The notes beneath the pieces were generated by a model. That model was not told where the DNA came from and made no database searches. It worked only from the letters and a program-made list of their open reading frames with translations. Shown here one piece after another: positions 12,101-24,800 of a stretch of 64,000 nucleotides of DNA; positions within the stretch are counted from its first letter, which is position 1, and each line of letters opens with the position of its first letter. The stretch lies in NCBI RefSeq assembly GCF_009914755.1, contig NC_060941.1, one strand, 5' to 3'. This stretch comes from the human T2T-CHM13v2.0 reference genome, Homo sapiens. Made by a program: the position numbers and the translations under genes.

Positions 12101-15100
12101 GGAGATATGGACCGCTTTGAGGCCTATGGTAGTAAAGGAAATAGCTTCATATAAAAGCTAGACAGTAGCATTCACAGAAAACTCTTGGTGACGACTGAGT
12201 TTAACTCACAGAGCTGAACATTCCTTTGGATGGAGCAGTTTCGAAACACACTATTTGTAGAATGTGCAAGTGGATATTTAGGCCTCTCTGAGGATTTCGT
12301 TGGAAACGGGATAAACCGCACAGAACTAAACAGAAGCATTCTCAGAACCTTCTTCGTGATGTTTGCATTCAACTCACAGTGTTGAACCTTTCTTTGATAG
12401 TTCAGGTTTGAAACGGTCTTTCTGTAGAAACTGCAAGTAGATATTTGGACCTCTCTGAGGATTTCGTTGGAAACGGGATAACCCGCACAGAACTAAAACA
12501 GAAGCATTCTCAGAACCCTCTTCGTGATGTTTGCATTCAACTCACAGTGCTGAACCTTTCTTTGATAGTTCAGCTTTGAAACACTCTTTTTGTAGAAACT
12601 GCAAGTGGATATTTGGTCCTCTCTGAGGATTTCGTTGGAAACGGGATAAACTGCACAGAACTAAACAGAAGCATTCTCAGAACCTTCTTCGTGATGTCTG
12701 CATTCAACTCACAGTGTGGAACCTTTCTTTGATAGTTCAGGTTTGAAACACTCTTTTTGTAGAAACTGCAAGGGGATCATTGCACTCTTTGAGGAGTACC
12801 GTAGTAAAGGAAATAACTTCCTATAAAAAGAAGACAGAAGCTTTCTCAGAAAATTCTTTGGGATGATTGAGTTGAACTCACAGAGCTGAGCATTCCTTGC
12901 GATGTAGCAGTTTAGAAACACACTTTCTGCAGAATCTGCAAGTGCATATTTGGACCTCTGTGAGGAATTCGTTGGAAACGGGATAATTTCAGCTGACTAA
13001 ACAGAAGCAGTCTCAGAATCTTCTTTGTGATGTTTGCATTCAAATCCCCGAGTTGAACTTTCCTTTCAAAGTTCACGTTTGAAACACTCTTTTTGCAGGA
13101 TCTACAAGTGGATATTTGGACCACTCTGTGTCCTTCGTTCGAAACGGGTATATCTTCACATGACATCTAGACAGAAGCATCCTCAGAAGCTTCTCTGTGA
13201 TGACTGCATTCAACTCACGGAGTTGAACACTCCTTTTGAGAGCGCAGTTTTGAAACTCTCTTTCTGTGGCATCTGCAAGGGGACATGTAGACCTCTTTGA
13301 AGATTTCGTTGGAAACGGAATCATCTTCACATAAAAACTATACAGATGCATTCTCAGGAACTTTTTGGTGATGTTTGTATTCAACTCCCAGAGTTGAACT
13401 TTCCTTTGGAAAGAGCAGCTATGAAACACTCTTTTTCTAGAATCTGCAAGTGGACGTTTGGAGGGCTTTGTGGTTTGTGGTGGAAAAGGAAATATCTTCA
13501 CCTAAATACTAGATAGAAGCATTCTCAGAAACTGCTTTGTGATGATTGCATTCACCTCACAGAGTTGAACATTCCTATTGATAGAGCAGTTTGGAAACAC
13601 TCTTGTTGTGGAATGTGCAAGTGGAGATTTGGAGCGCTTTGAGGCCTATGGTAGTAAAGGGAATAGCTTCATAGAAAAACTAGACAGAAGCATTCTCAGA
13701 AAATACTTTGTGATGATTGAGTTTAACTCACAGAGCTGAACATTCCTTTGGATGGAGCAGGTTTGAGACACACTTTTTGTAGAATCTACAAGTGGATATT
13801 TGGACCGCTCTGAGGATTTCGTTGGAAACGGGATAACTGCACCTAACTAAACGGAAGCATTCTCAGAAACTTCTTGGTGATGTTTGCATTCAAATCCCAG
13901 AGTTGAACCTTCCTTTGATAGTTCAGGTTTGAAACACTCTTTTTGTAGGATCTGCAAGTGGATATTTGGACCACTCTGTGGCCTTCGTTCGAAACGGGTG
14001 TATCTTCGCATAAAATCTAGACAGAAGCCTTCTCAGAAACTTCTCTGTGATGATTGCATTCAACTCACAGAGTTGAACCCTCCTATGGATAGAGCAGTGT
14101 TGAAACTCTCTTTTTGTGGAATCTGCAAGTGGGTATGTGGACCTCTCCGAAGATGTCTTTGGAAACGGGAATATCTTCACATAAAAACTAAACAGAAGCA
14201 TTCTCAGAAACTTCTCTGTGATGTTTGTGTTCAACTCCCAGAGTTTCACATTGCTTTTCATAGAGTAGTTCTGAAACATGCTTTTCGTAGTGTCTACAAG
14301 TGGACATTTGGAGCGCTTTCAGGCCTGTGGTGGAAAACGAATTATGGTCACATAAAAACTGGAGAGAAGCATTGTCAGAAACTTCTTTGTGATGATTGCA
14401 TTCAACTCACAGAGTTGAAGGTTCCTTTTCAAAGAGCAGTTTCCAATCACTCTTTGTGTGGAATCTGCAAGTGGATATTTGGACCTATTTTGAAGATTTC
14501 GTTGGAAACGGGAGAATCTTCACAGGAAAGCTAAACAGAAGCATTCTCAGAAACTTCTTTGTGATGCTTGCATTCAACTCACAGAGTTGAACTTTCCTTT
14601 CGAGAGAGAAGCTTTGAAACACTCTTTTTCCAGAATCTGCAAGTGGACATTTGGAGGGCTTTGAGGCCTGTGGTGGAAAAGGAATTATCTTCCCGTAAAA
14701 GCTAGATAGAAGCATTCTCAGAAACTACTTTGTGATGATTGCATTCAAGTCACAGAGTTGAACATTCCCTTTGACAGAGCAGTTTGGAAACTCTCTTTGT
14801 GTAGAATCTGCAAGTGGAGATACGGACCGCTTTGAGGCCTATGGTAGTAAAGGAAATAGCTTCATATAAAAGCTAGACAGTAGCATTCACAGAAAACTCT
14901 TGGTGACGACTGAGTTTAACTCACAGAGCTGAACATTCCTTTGGATGGAGCAGTTTCGAAACACACTATTTGTAGAATGTGCAAGTGGATATTTAGGCCT
15001 CTCTGAGGATTTCGTTGGAAACGGGATAAACCGCACAGAACTAAACAGAAGCATTCTCAGAACCTTCTTCGTGATGTTTGCATTCAACTCACAGTGTTGA

Positions 15101-18100
15101 ACCTTTCTTTGATAGTTCAGGTTTGAAACGGTCTTTCTGTAGAAACTGCAAGTAGATATTTGGACCTCTCTGAGGATTTCGTTGGAAACGGGATAACCCG
15201 CACAGAACTAAAACAGAAGCATTCTCAGAACCCTCTTCGTGATGTTTGCATTCAACTCACAGTGCTGAACCTTTCTTTGATAGTTCAGCTTTGAAACACT
15301 CTTTTTGTAGAAACTGCAAGTGGATATTTGGTCCTCTCTGAGCATTTCGTTGGAAACGGGATAAACTGCACAGAACTAAACAGAAGCATTCTCAGAACCT
15401 TCTTCGTGATGTCCGCATTCAACTCACAGTGTGGAACCTTTCTTTGATAGTTCAGGTTTGAAACACTCTTTTTGTAGAAACTGCAAGGGGATAATTGCAC
15501 TCTTTGAGGAGTACCGTAGTAAAGGAAATAACTTCCTATAAAAAGAAGACAGAAGCTTTCTCAGAAAATTCTTTGGGATGATTGAGTTGAACTCACAGAG
15601 CTGAGCATTCCTTGCGATGTAGCAGTTTAGAAACACACTTTCTGCAGAATCTGCAAGTGCATATTTGGACCTCTGTGAGGAATTCGTTGGAAACGGGATA
15701 ATTTCAGCTGACTAAACAGAAGCAGTCTCAGAATCTTCTTTGTGATGTTTGCATTCAAATCCCCGAGTTGAACTTTCCTTTCAAAGTTCACGTTTGAAAC
15801 ACTCTTTTTGCAGGATCTACAAGTGGATATTTGGACCACTCTGTGTCCTTCGTTCGAAACGGGTATATCTTCACATGACATCTAGACAGAAGCATCCTCA
15901 GAAGCTTCTCTGTGATGACTGCATTCAACTCACGGAGTTGAACACTCCTTTTGAGAGCGCAGTTTTGAAACTCTCTTTCTGTGGCATCTGCAAGGGGACA
16001 TGTAGACCTCTTTGAAGATTTCGTTGGAAACGGAATCATCTTCACATAAAAACTATACAGATGCATTCTCAGGAACTTTTTGGTGATGTTTGTATTCAAC
16101 TCCCAGAGTTGAACTTTCCTTTGGAAAGAGCAGCTATGAAACACTGTTTTTCTAGAATCTGCAAGTGGACGTTTGGAGGGCTTTGTGGTTTGTGGTGGAA
16201 AAGGAAATATCTTCACCTAAATACTAGATAGAAGCATTCTCAGAAACTGCTTTGTGATGATTGCATTCACCTCACAGAGTTGAACATTCCTATTGATAGA
16301 GCAGTTTGGAAACACTCTTGTTGTGGAATGTGCAAGTGGAGATTTGGAGCGCTTTGAGGCCTATGGTAGTAAAGGGAATAGCTTCATAGAAAAACTAGAC
16401 AGAAGCATTCTCAGAAAATACTTTGTGATGATTGAGTTTAACTCACAGAGCTGAACATTCCTTTGGATGGAGCAGGTTTGAGACACACCTTTTGTAGAAT
16501 CTACAAGTGGATATTTGGACCTCTCTGAGGATTTCGTTGGAAACGGGATAACTGCACCTAACTAAACGGAAGCATTCTCAGAAACTTCTTGGTGATGTTT
16601 GCATTCAAATCCCAGAGTTGAACCTTCCTTTGATAGTTCAGGTTTGAAACACTCTTTTTGTAGGATCTGCAAGTGGATATTTGGACCACTCTGTGGCCTT
16701 CGTTCGAAACGGGTATATCTTCGCATAAAATCTAGACAGAAGCCTTCTCAGAAACTTCTCTGTGATGATTGCATTCAACTCACAGAGTTGAACCCTCCTA
16801 TGGATAGAGCAGTGTTGAAACTCTCTTTTTGTGGAATCTGCAAGTGGATATGTGGACCTCTCCGAAGATGTCTTTGGAAACGGGAATATCTTCACATAAA
16901 AACTAAACAGAAGCATTCTCAGAAACTTCTCTGTGATGTTTGTGTTCAACTCCCAGAGTTTCACATTGCTTTTCATAGAGTAGTTCTGAAACATGCTTTT
17001 CGTAGTGTCTACAAGTGGACATTTGGAGCGCTTTCAGGCCTGTGGTGGAAAACGAATTATGGTCACATAAAAACTGGAGAGAAGCATTGTCAGAAACTTC
17101 TTTGTGATGATTGCATTCAACTCACAGAGTTGAAGGTTCCTTTTCAAAGAGCAGTTTCCAATCACTCTTTCTGTGGAATCTGCAAGTGGATATTTGGACC
17201 TATTTTGAAGATTTCGTTGGAAACGGGAGAATCTTCACAGGAAAGCTAAACAGAAGCATTCTCAGAAACTTCTTTGTGATGCTTGCATTCAACTCACAGA
17301 GTTGAACTTTCCTTTCGAGAGAGAAGCTTTGAAACACTCTTTTTCCAGAATCTGCAAGTGGACATTTGGAGGGCTTTGAGGCCTGTGGTGGAAAAGGAAT
17401 TATCTTCCCGTAAAAGCTAGATAGAAGCATTCTCAGAAACTACTTTGTGATGATTGCATTCAAGTCACAGAGTTGAACATTCCCTTTGACAGAGCAGTTT
17501 GGAAACTCTCTTTGTGTAGAATCTGCAAGTGGAGATATGGACCGCTTTGAGGCCTATGGTAGTAAAGGAAATAGCTTCATATAAAAGCTAGACAGTAGCA
17601 TTCACAGAAAACTCTTGGTGACGACTGAGTTTAACTCACAGAGCTGAACATTCCTTTGGATGGAGCAGTTTCGAAACACACTATTTGTAGAATGTGCAAG
17701 TGGATATTTAGGCCTCTCTGAGGATTTCGTTGGAAACGGGATAAACCGCACAGAACTAAACAGAAGCATTCTCAGAACCTTCTTCGTGATGTTTGCATTC
17801 AACTCACAGTGTTGAACCTTTCTTTGATAGTTCAGGTTTGAAACGGTCTTTCTGTAGAAACTGCAAGTAGATATTTGGACCTCTCTGAGGATTTCGTTGG
17901 AAACGGGATAACCCGCACAGAACTAAAACAGAAGCATTCTCAGAACCCTCTTCGTGATGTTTGCATTCAACTCACAGTGCTGAACCTTTCTTTGATAGTT
18001 CAGCTTTGAAACACTCTTTTTGTAGAAACTGCAAGTGGATATTTGGTCCTCTCTGAGGATTTCGTTGGAAACGGGATAAACTGCACAGAACTAAACAGAA

Positions 18101-18860
18101 GCATTCTCAGAACCTTCTTCGTGATGTCTGCATTCAACTCACAGTGTGGAACCTTTCTTTGATAGTTCAGGTTTGAAACACTCTTTTTGTAGAAACTGCA
18201 AGGGGATAATTGCACTCTTTGAGGAGTACCGTAGTAAAGGAAATAACTTCCTATAAAAAGAAGACAGAAGCTTTCTCAGAAAATTCTTTGGGATGATTGA
18301 GTTGAACTCACAGAGCTGAGCATTCCTTGCGATGTAGCAGTTTAGAAACACACTTTCTGCAGAATCTGCAAGTGCATATTTGGACCTCTGTGAGGAATTC
18401 GTTGGAAACGGGATAATTTCAGCTGACTAAACAGAAGCAGTCTCAGAATCTTCTTTGTGATGTTTGCATTCAAATCCCCGAGTTGAACTTTCCTTTCAAA
18501 GTTCACGTTTGAAACACTCTTTTTGCAGGATCTACAAGTGGATATTTGGACCACTCTGTGTCCTTCGTTCGAAACGGGTATATCTTCACATGACATCTAG
18601 ACAGAAGCATCCTCAGAAGCTTCTCTGTGATGACTGCATTCAACTCACGGAGTTGAACACTCCTTTTGAGAGCGCAGTTTTGAAACTCTCTTTCTGTGGC
18701 ATCTGCAAGGGGACATGTAGACCTCTTTGAAGATTTCGTTGGAAACGGAATCATCTTCACATAAAAACTATACAGATGCATTCTCAGGAACTTTTTGGTG
18801 ATGTTTGTATTCAACTCCCAGAGTTGAACTTTCCTTTGGAAAGAGCAGCTATGAAACACT
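6113..18860 (+). repeat. Multi-HOR duplicated block, copy 1 (boundaries approximate)
   Basis: Ordered series of rare SNVs (7427, 7470, 7903, 10433, 10601, 16489) all recur at +21,720 bp. Confidence 0.8.
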
Positions 18861-21800
18861 CTTTTTCTAGAATCTGCAAGTGGACGTTTGGAGGGCTTTG
18901 TGGTTTGTGGTGGAAAAGGAAATATCTTCACCTAAATACTAGATAGAAGCATTCTCAGAAACTGCTTTGTGATGATTGCATTCACCTCACAGAGTTGAAC
19001 ATTCCTATTGATAGAGCAGTTTGGAAACACTCTTGTTGTGGAATGTGCAAGTGGAGATTTGGAGCGCTTTGAGGCCTATGGTAGTAAAGGGAAGAGCTTC
19101 ATAGAAAAACTAGACAGAAGCATTCTCAGAAAATACTTTGTGATGATTGAGTTTAACTCACAGAGCTGAACATTCCTTTGGATGGAGCAGGTTTGAGACA
19201 CACTTTTTGTAGAATCTACAAGTGGATATTTGGACCGCTCTGAGGATTTCGTTGGAAACGGGATAACTGCACCTAACTAAACGGAAGCATTCTCAGAAAC
19301 TTCTTGGTGATGTTTGCATTCAAATCCCAGAGTTGAACCTTCCTTTGATAGTTCAGGTTTGAAACACTCTTTTTGTAGGATCTGCAAGTGGACATTTGGA
19401 CCACTCTGTGGCCTTCGTTCGAAACGGGTGTATCTTCGCATAAAATCTAGACAGAAGCCTTCTCAGAAACTTCTCTGTGATGATTGCATTCAACTCACAG
19501 AGTTGAACCCTCCTATGGATAGAGCAGTGTTGAAACTCTCTTTTTGTGGAATCTGCAAGTGGGTATGTGGACCTCTCCGAAGATGTCTTTGGAAACGGGA
19601 ATATCTTCACATAAAAACTAAACAGAAGCATTCTCAGAAACTTCTCTGTGATGTTTGTGTTCAACTCCCAGAGTTTCACATTGCTTTTCATAGAGTAGTT
19701 CTGAAACATGCTTTTCGTAGTGTCTACAAGTGGACATTTGGAGCGCTTTCAGGCCTGTGGTGGAAAACGAATTATGGTCACATAAAAACTGGAGAGAAGC
19801 ATTGTCAGAAACTTCTTTGTGATGATTGCATTCAACTCACAGAGTTGAAGGTTCCTTTTCAAAGAGCAGTTTCCAATCACTCTTTGTGTGGAATCTGCAA
19901 GTGGATATTTGGACCTATTTTGAAGATTTCGTTGGAAACGGGAGTATCTTCACAGGAAAGCTAAACAGAAGCATTCTCAGAAACTTCTTTGTGATGCTTG
20001 CATTCAACTCACAGAGTTGAACTTTCCTTTCGAGAGAGAAGCTTTGAAACACTCTTTTTCCAGAATCTGCAAGTGGACATTTGGAGGGCTTTGAGGCCTG
20101 TGGTGGAAAAGGAATTATCTTCCCGTAAAAGCTAGATAGAAGCATTCTCAGAAACTACTTTGTGATGATTGCATTCAAGTCACAGAGTTGAACATTCCCT
20201 TTGACAGAGCAGTTTGGAAACTCTCTTTGTGTAGAATCTGCAAGTGGAGATACGGACCGCTTTGAGGCCTATGGTAGTAAAGGAAATAGCTTCATATAAA
20301 AGCTAGACAGTAGCATTCACAGAAAACTCTTGGTGACGACTGAGTTTAACTCACAGAGCTGAACATTCCTTTGGATGGAGCAGTTTCGAAACACACTATT
20401 TGTAGAATGTGCAAGTGGATATTTAGGCCTCTCTGAGGATTTCGTTGGAAACGGGATAAACCGCACAGAACTAAACAGAAGCATTCTCAGAACCTTCTTC
20501 GTGATGTTTGCATTCAACTCACAGTGTTGAACCTTTCTTTGATAGTTCAGGTTTGAAACGGTCTTTCTGTAGAAACTGCAAGTAGATATTTGGACCTCTC
20601 TGAGGATTTCGTTGGAAACGGGATAACCCGCACAGAACTAAAACAGAAGCATTCTCAGAACCCTCTTCGTGATGTTTGCATTCAACTCACAGTGCTGAAC
20701 CTTTCTTTGATAGTTCAGCTTTGAAACACTCTTTTTGTAGAAACTGCAAGTGGATATTTGGTCCTCTCTGAGCATTTCGTTGGAAACGGGATAAACTGCA
20801 CAGAACTAAACAGAAGCATTCTCAGAACCTTCTTCGTGATGTCCGCATTCAACTCACAGTGTGGAACCTTTCTTTGATAGTTCAGGTTTGAAACACTCTT
20901 TTTGTAGAAACTGCAAGGGGATAATTGCACTCTTTGAGGAGTACCGTAGTAAAGGAAATAACTTCCTATAAAAAGAAGACAGAAGCTTTCTCAGAAAATT
21001 CTTTGGGATGATTGAGTTGAACTCACAGAGCTGAGCATTCCTTGCGATGTAGCAGTTTAGAAACACACTTTCTGCAGAATCTGCAAGTGCATATTTGGAC
21101 CTCTGTGAGGAATTCGTTGGAAACGGGATAATTTCAGCTGACTAAACAGAAGCAGTCTCAGAATCTTCTTTGTGATGTTTGCATTCAAATCCCCGAGTTG
21201 AACTTTCCTTTCAAAGTTCACGTTTGAAACACTCTTTTTGCAGGATCTACAAGTGGATATTTGGACCACTCTGTGTCCTTCGTTCGAAACGGGTATATCT
21301 TCACATGACATCTAGACAGAAGCATCCTCAGAAGCTTCTCTGTGATGACTGCATTCAACTCACGGAGTTGAACACTCCTTTTGAGAGCGCAGTTTTGAAA
21401 CTCTCTTTCTGTGGCATCTGCAAGGGGACATGTAGACCTCTTTGAAGATTTCGTTGGAAACGGAATCATCTTCACATAAAAACTATACAGATGCATTCTC
21501 AGGAACTTTTTGGTGATGTTTGTATTCAACTCCCAGAGTTGAACTTTCCTTTGGAAAGAGCAGCTATGAAACACTCTTTTTCTAGAATCTGCAAGTGGAC
21601 GTTTGGAGGGCTTTGTGGTTTGTGGTGGAAAAGGAAATATCTTCACCTAAATACTAGATAGAAGCATTCTCAGAAACTGCTTTGTGATGATTGCATTCAC
21701 CTCACAGAGTTGAACATTCCTATTGATAGAGCAGTTTGGAAACACTCTTGTTGTGGAATGTGCAAGTGGAGATTTGGAGCGCTTTGAGGCCTATGGTAGT

Positions 21801-24800
21801 AAAGGGAATAGCTTCATAGAAAAACTAGACAGAAGCATTCTCAGAAAATACTTTGTGATGATTGAGTTTAACTCACAGAGCTGAACATTCCTTTGGATGG
21901 AGCAGGTTTGAGACACACTTTTTGTAGAATCTACAAGTGGATATTTGGACCGCTCTGAGGATTTCGTTGGAAACGGGATAACTGCACCTAACTAAACGGA
22001 AGCATTCTCAGAAACTTCTTGGTGATGTTTGCATTCAAATCCCAGAGTTGAACCTTCCTTTGATAGTTCAGGTTTGAAACACTCTTTTTGTAGGATCTGC
22101 AAGTGGATATTTGGACCACTCTGTGGCCTTCGTTCGAAACGGGTGTATCTTCGCATAAAATCTAGACAGAAGCCTTCTCAGAAACTTCTCTGTGATGATT
22201 GCATTCAACTCACAGAGTTGAACCCTCCTATGGATAGAGCAGTGTTGAAACTCTCTTTTTGTGGAATCTGCAAGTGGGTATGTGGACCTCTCCGAAGATG
22301 TCTTTGGAAACGGGAATATCTTCACATAAAAACTAAACAGAAGCATTCTCAGAAACTTCTCTGTGATGTTTGTGTTCAACTCCCAGAGTTTCACATTGCT
22401 TTTCATAGAGTAGTTCTGAAACATGCTTTTCGTAGTGTCTACAAGTGGACATTTGGAGCGCTTTCAGGCCTGTGGTGGAAAACGAATTATGGTCACATAA
22501 AAACTGGAGAGAAGCATTGTCAGAAACTTCTTTGTGATGATTGCATTCAACTCACAGAGTTGAAGGTTCCTTTTCAAAGAGCAGTTTCCAATCACTCTTT
22601 GTGTGGAATCTGCAAGTGGATATTTGGACCTATTTTGAAGATTTCGTTGGAAACGGGAGAATCTTCACAGGAAAGCTAAACAGAAGCATTCTCAGAAACT
22701 TCTTTGTGATGCTTGCATTCAACTCACAGAGTTGAACTTTCCTTTCGAGAGAGAAGCTTTGAAACACTCTTTTTCCAGAATCTGCAAGTGGACATTTGGA
22801 GGGCTTTGAGGCCTGTGGTGGAAAAGGAATTATCTTCCCGTAAAAGCTAGATAGAAGCATTCTCAGAAACTACTTTGTGATGATTGCATTCAAGTCACAG
22901 AGTTGAACATTCCCTTTGACAGAGCAGTTTGGAAACTCTCTTTGTGTAGAATCTGCAAGTGGAGATATGGACCGCTTTGAGGCCTATGGTAGTAAAGGAA
23001 ATAGCTTCATATAAAAGCTAGACAGTAGCATTCACAGAAAACTCTGGGTGACGACTGAGTTTAACTCACAGAGCTGAACATTCCTTTGGATGGAGCAGTT
23101 TCGAAACACACTATTTGTAGAATGTGCAAGTGGATATTTAGGCCTCTCTGAGGATTTCGTTGGAAACGGGATAAACCGCACAGAACTAAACAGAAGCATT
23201 CTCAGAACCCTCTTCGAGATGTTTGCATTCAACACACAGTGTTGAACCTTTCTTTGATAGTTCAGGTTTGAAACGGTCTTTCTGTAGAAACTGCAAGTAG
23301 ATATTTGGACCTCTCTGAGGATTTCGTTGGAAACGGGATAACCCGCACAGAACTAAAACAGAAGCATTCTCAGAACCCTCTTCGTGATGTTTGCATTCAA
23401 CTCACAGTGCTGAACCTTTCTTTGATAGTTCAGCTTTGAAACACTCTTTTTGTAGAAACTGCAAGTGGATATTTGGTCCTCTCTGAGCATTTCGTTGGAA
23501 ACGGGATAAACTGCACAGAACTAAACAGAAGCATTCTCAGAACCTTCTTCGTGATGTCCGCATTGAACTCACAGTGTGGAACCTTTCTTTGATAGTTCAG
23601 GTTTGAAACACTCTTTTTGTAGAAACTGCAAGGGGATCATTGCACTCTTTGAGGAGTACCGTAGTAAAGGAAATAACTTCCTATAAAAAGAAGACAGAAG
23701 CTTTCTCAGAAAATTCTTTGGGATGATTGAGTTGAACTCACAGAGCTGAGCATTCCTTGCGATGTAGCAGTTTAGAAACACACTTTCTGCAGAATCTGCA
23801 AGTGCATATTTGGACCTCTGTGAGGAATTCGTTGGAAACGGGATAATTTCAGCTGACTAAACAGAAGCAGTCTCAGAATCTTCTTTGTGATGTTTGCATT
23901 CAAATCCCCGAGTTGAACTTTCCTTTCAAAGTTCACGTTTGAAACACTCTTTTTGCAGGATCTACAAGTGGATATTTGGACCACTCTGTGTCCTTCGTTC
24001 GAAACGGGTATATCTTCACATGACATCTAGACAGAAGCATCCTCAGAAGCTTCTCTGTGATGACTGCATTCAACTCACGGAGTTGAACACTCCTTTTGAG
24101 AGCGCAGTTTTGAAACTCTCTTTCTGTGGCATCTGCAAGGGGACATGTAGACCTCCTTGAAGATTTCGTTGGAAACGGAATCATCTTCACATAAAAACTA
24201 CACAGATGCATTCTCAGGAACTTTTTGGTGATGTTTGTATTCAACTCCCAGAGTTGAACTTTCCTTTGGAAAGAGCAGCTATGAAACACTGTTTTTCTAG
24301 AATCTGCAAGTGGACGTTTGGAGGGCTTTGTGGTTTGTGGTGGAAAAGGAAATATCTTCACCTAAATACTAGATAGAAGCATTCTCAGAAACTGCTTTGT
24401 GATGATTGCATTCACCTCACAGAGTTGAACATTCCTATTGATAGAGCAGTTTGGAAACACTCTTGTTGTGGAATGTGCAAGTGGAGATTTGGAGCGCTTT
24501 GAGGCCTATGGTAGTAAAGGGAATAGCTTCATAGAAAAACTAGACAGAAGCATTCTCAGAAAATACTTTGTGATGATTGAGTTTAACTCACAGAGCTGAA
24601 CATTCCTTTGGATGGAGCAGGTTTGAGACACACTTTTTGTAGAATCTACAAGTGGATATTTGGACCTCTCTGAGGATTTCGTTGGAAACGGGATAACTGC
24701 ACCTAACTAAACGGAAGCATTCTCAGAAACTTCTTGGTGATGTTTGCATTCAAATCCCAGAGTTGAACCTTCCTTTGATAGTTCAGGTTTGAAACACTCT

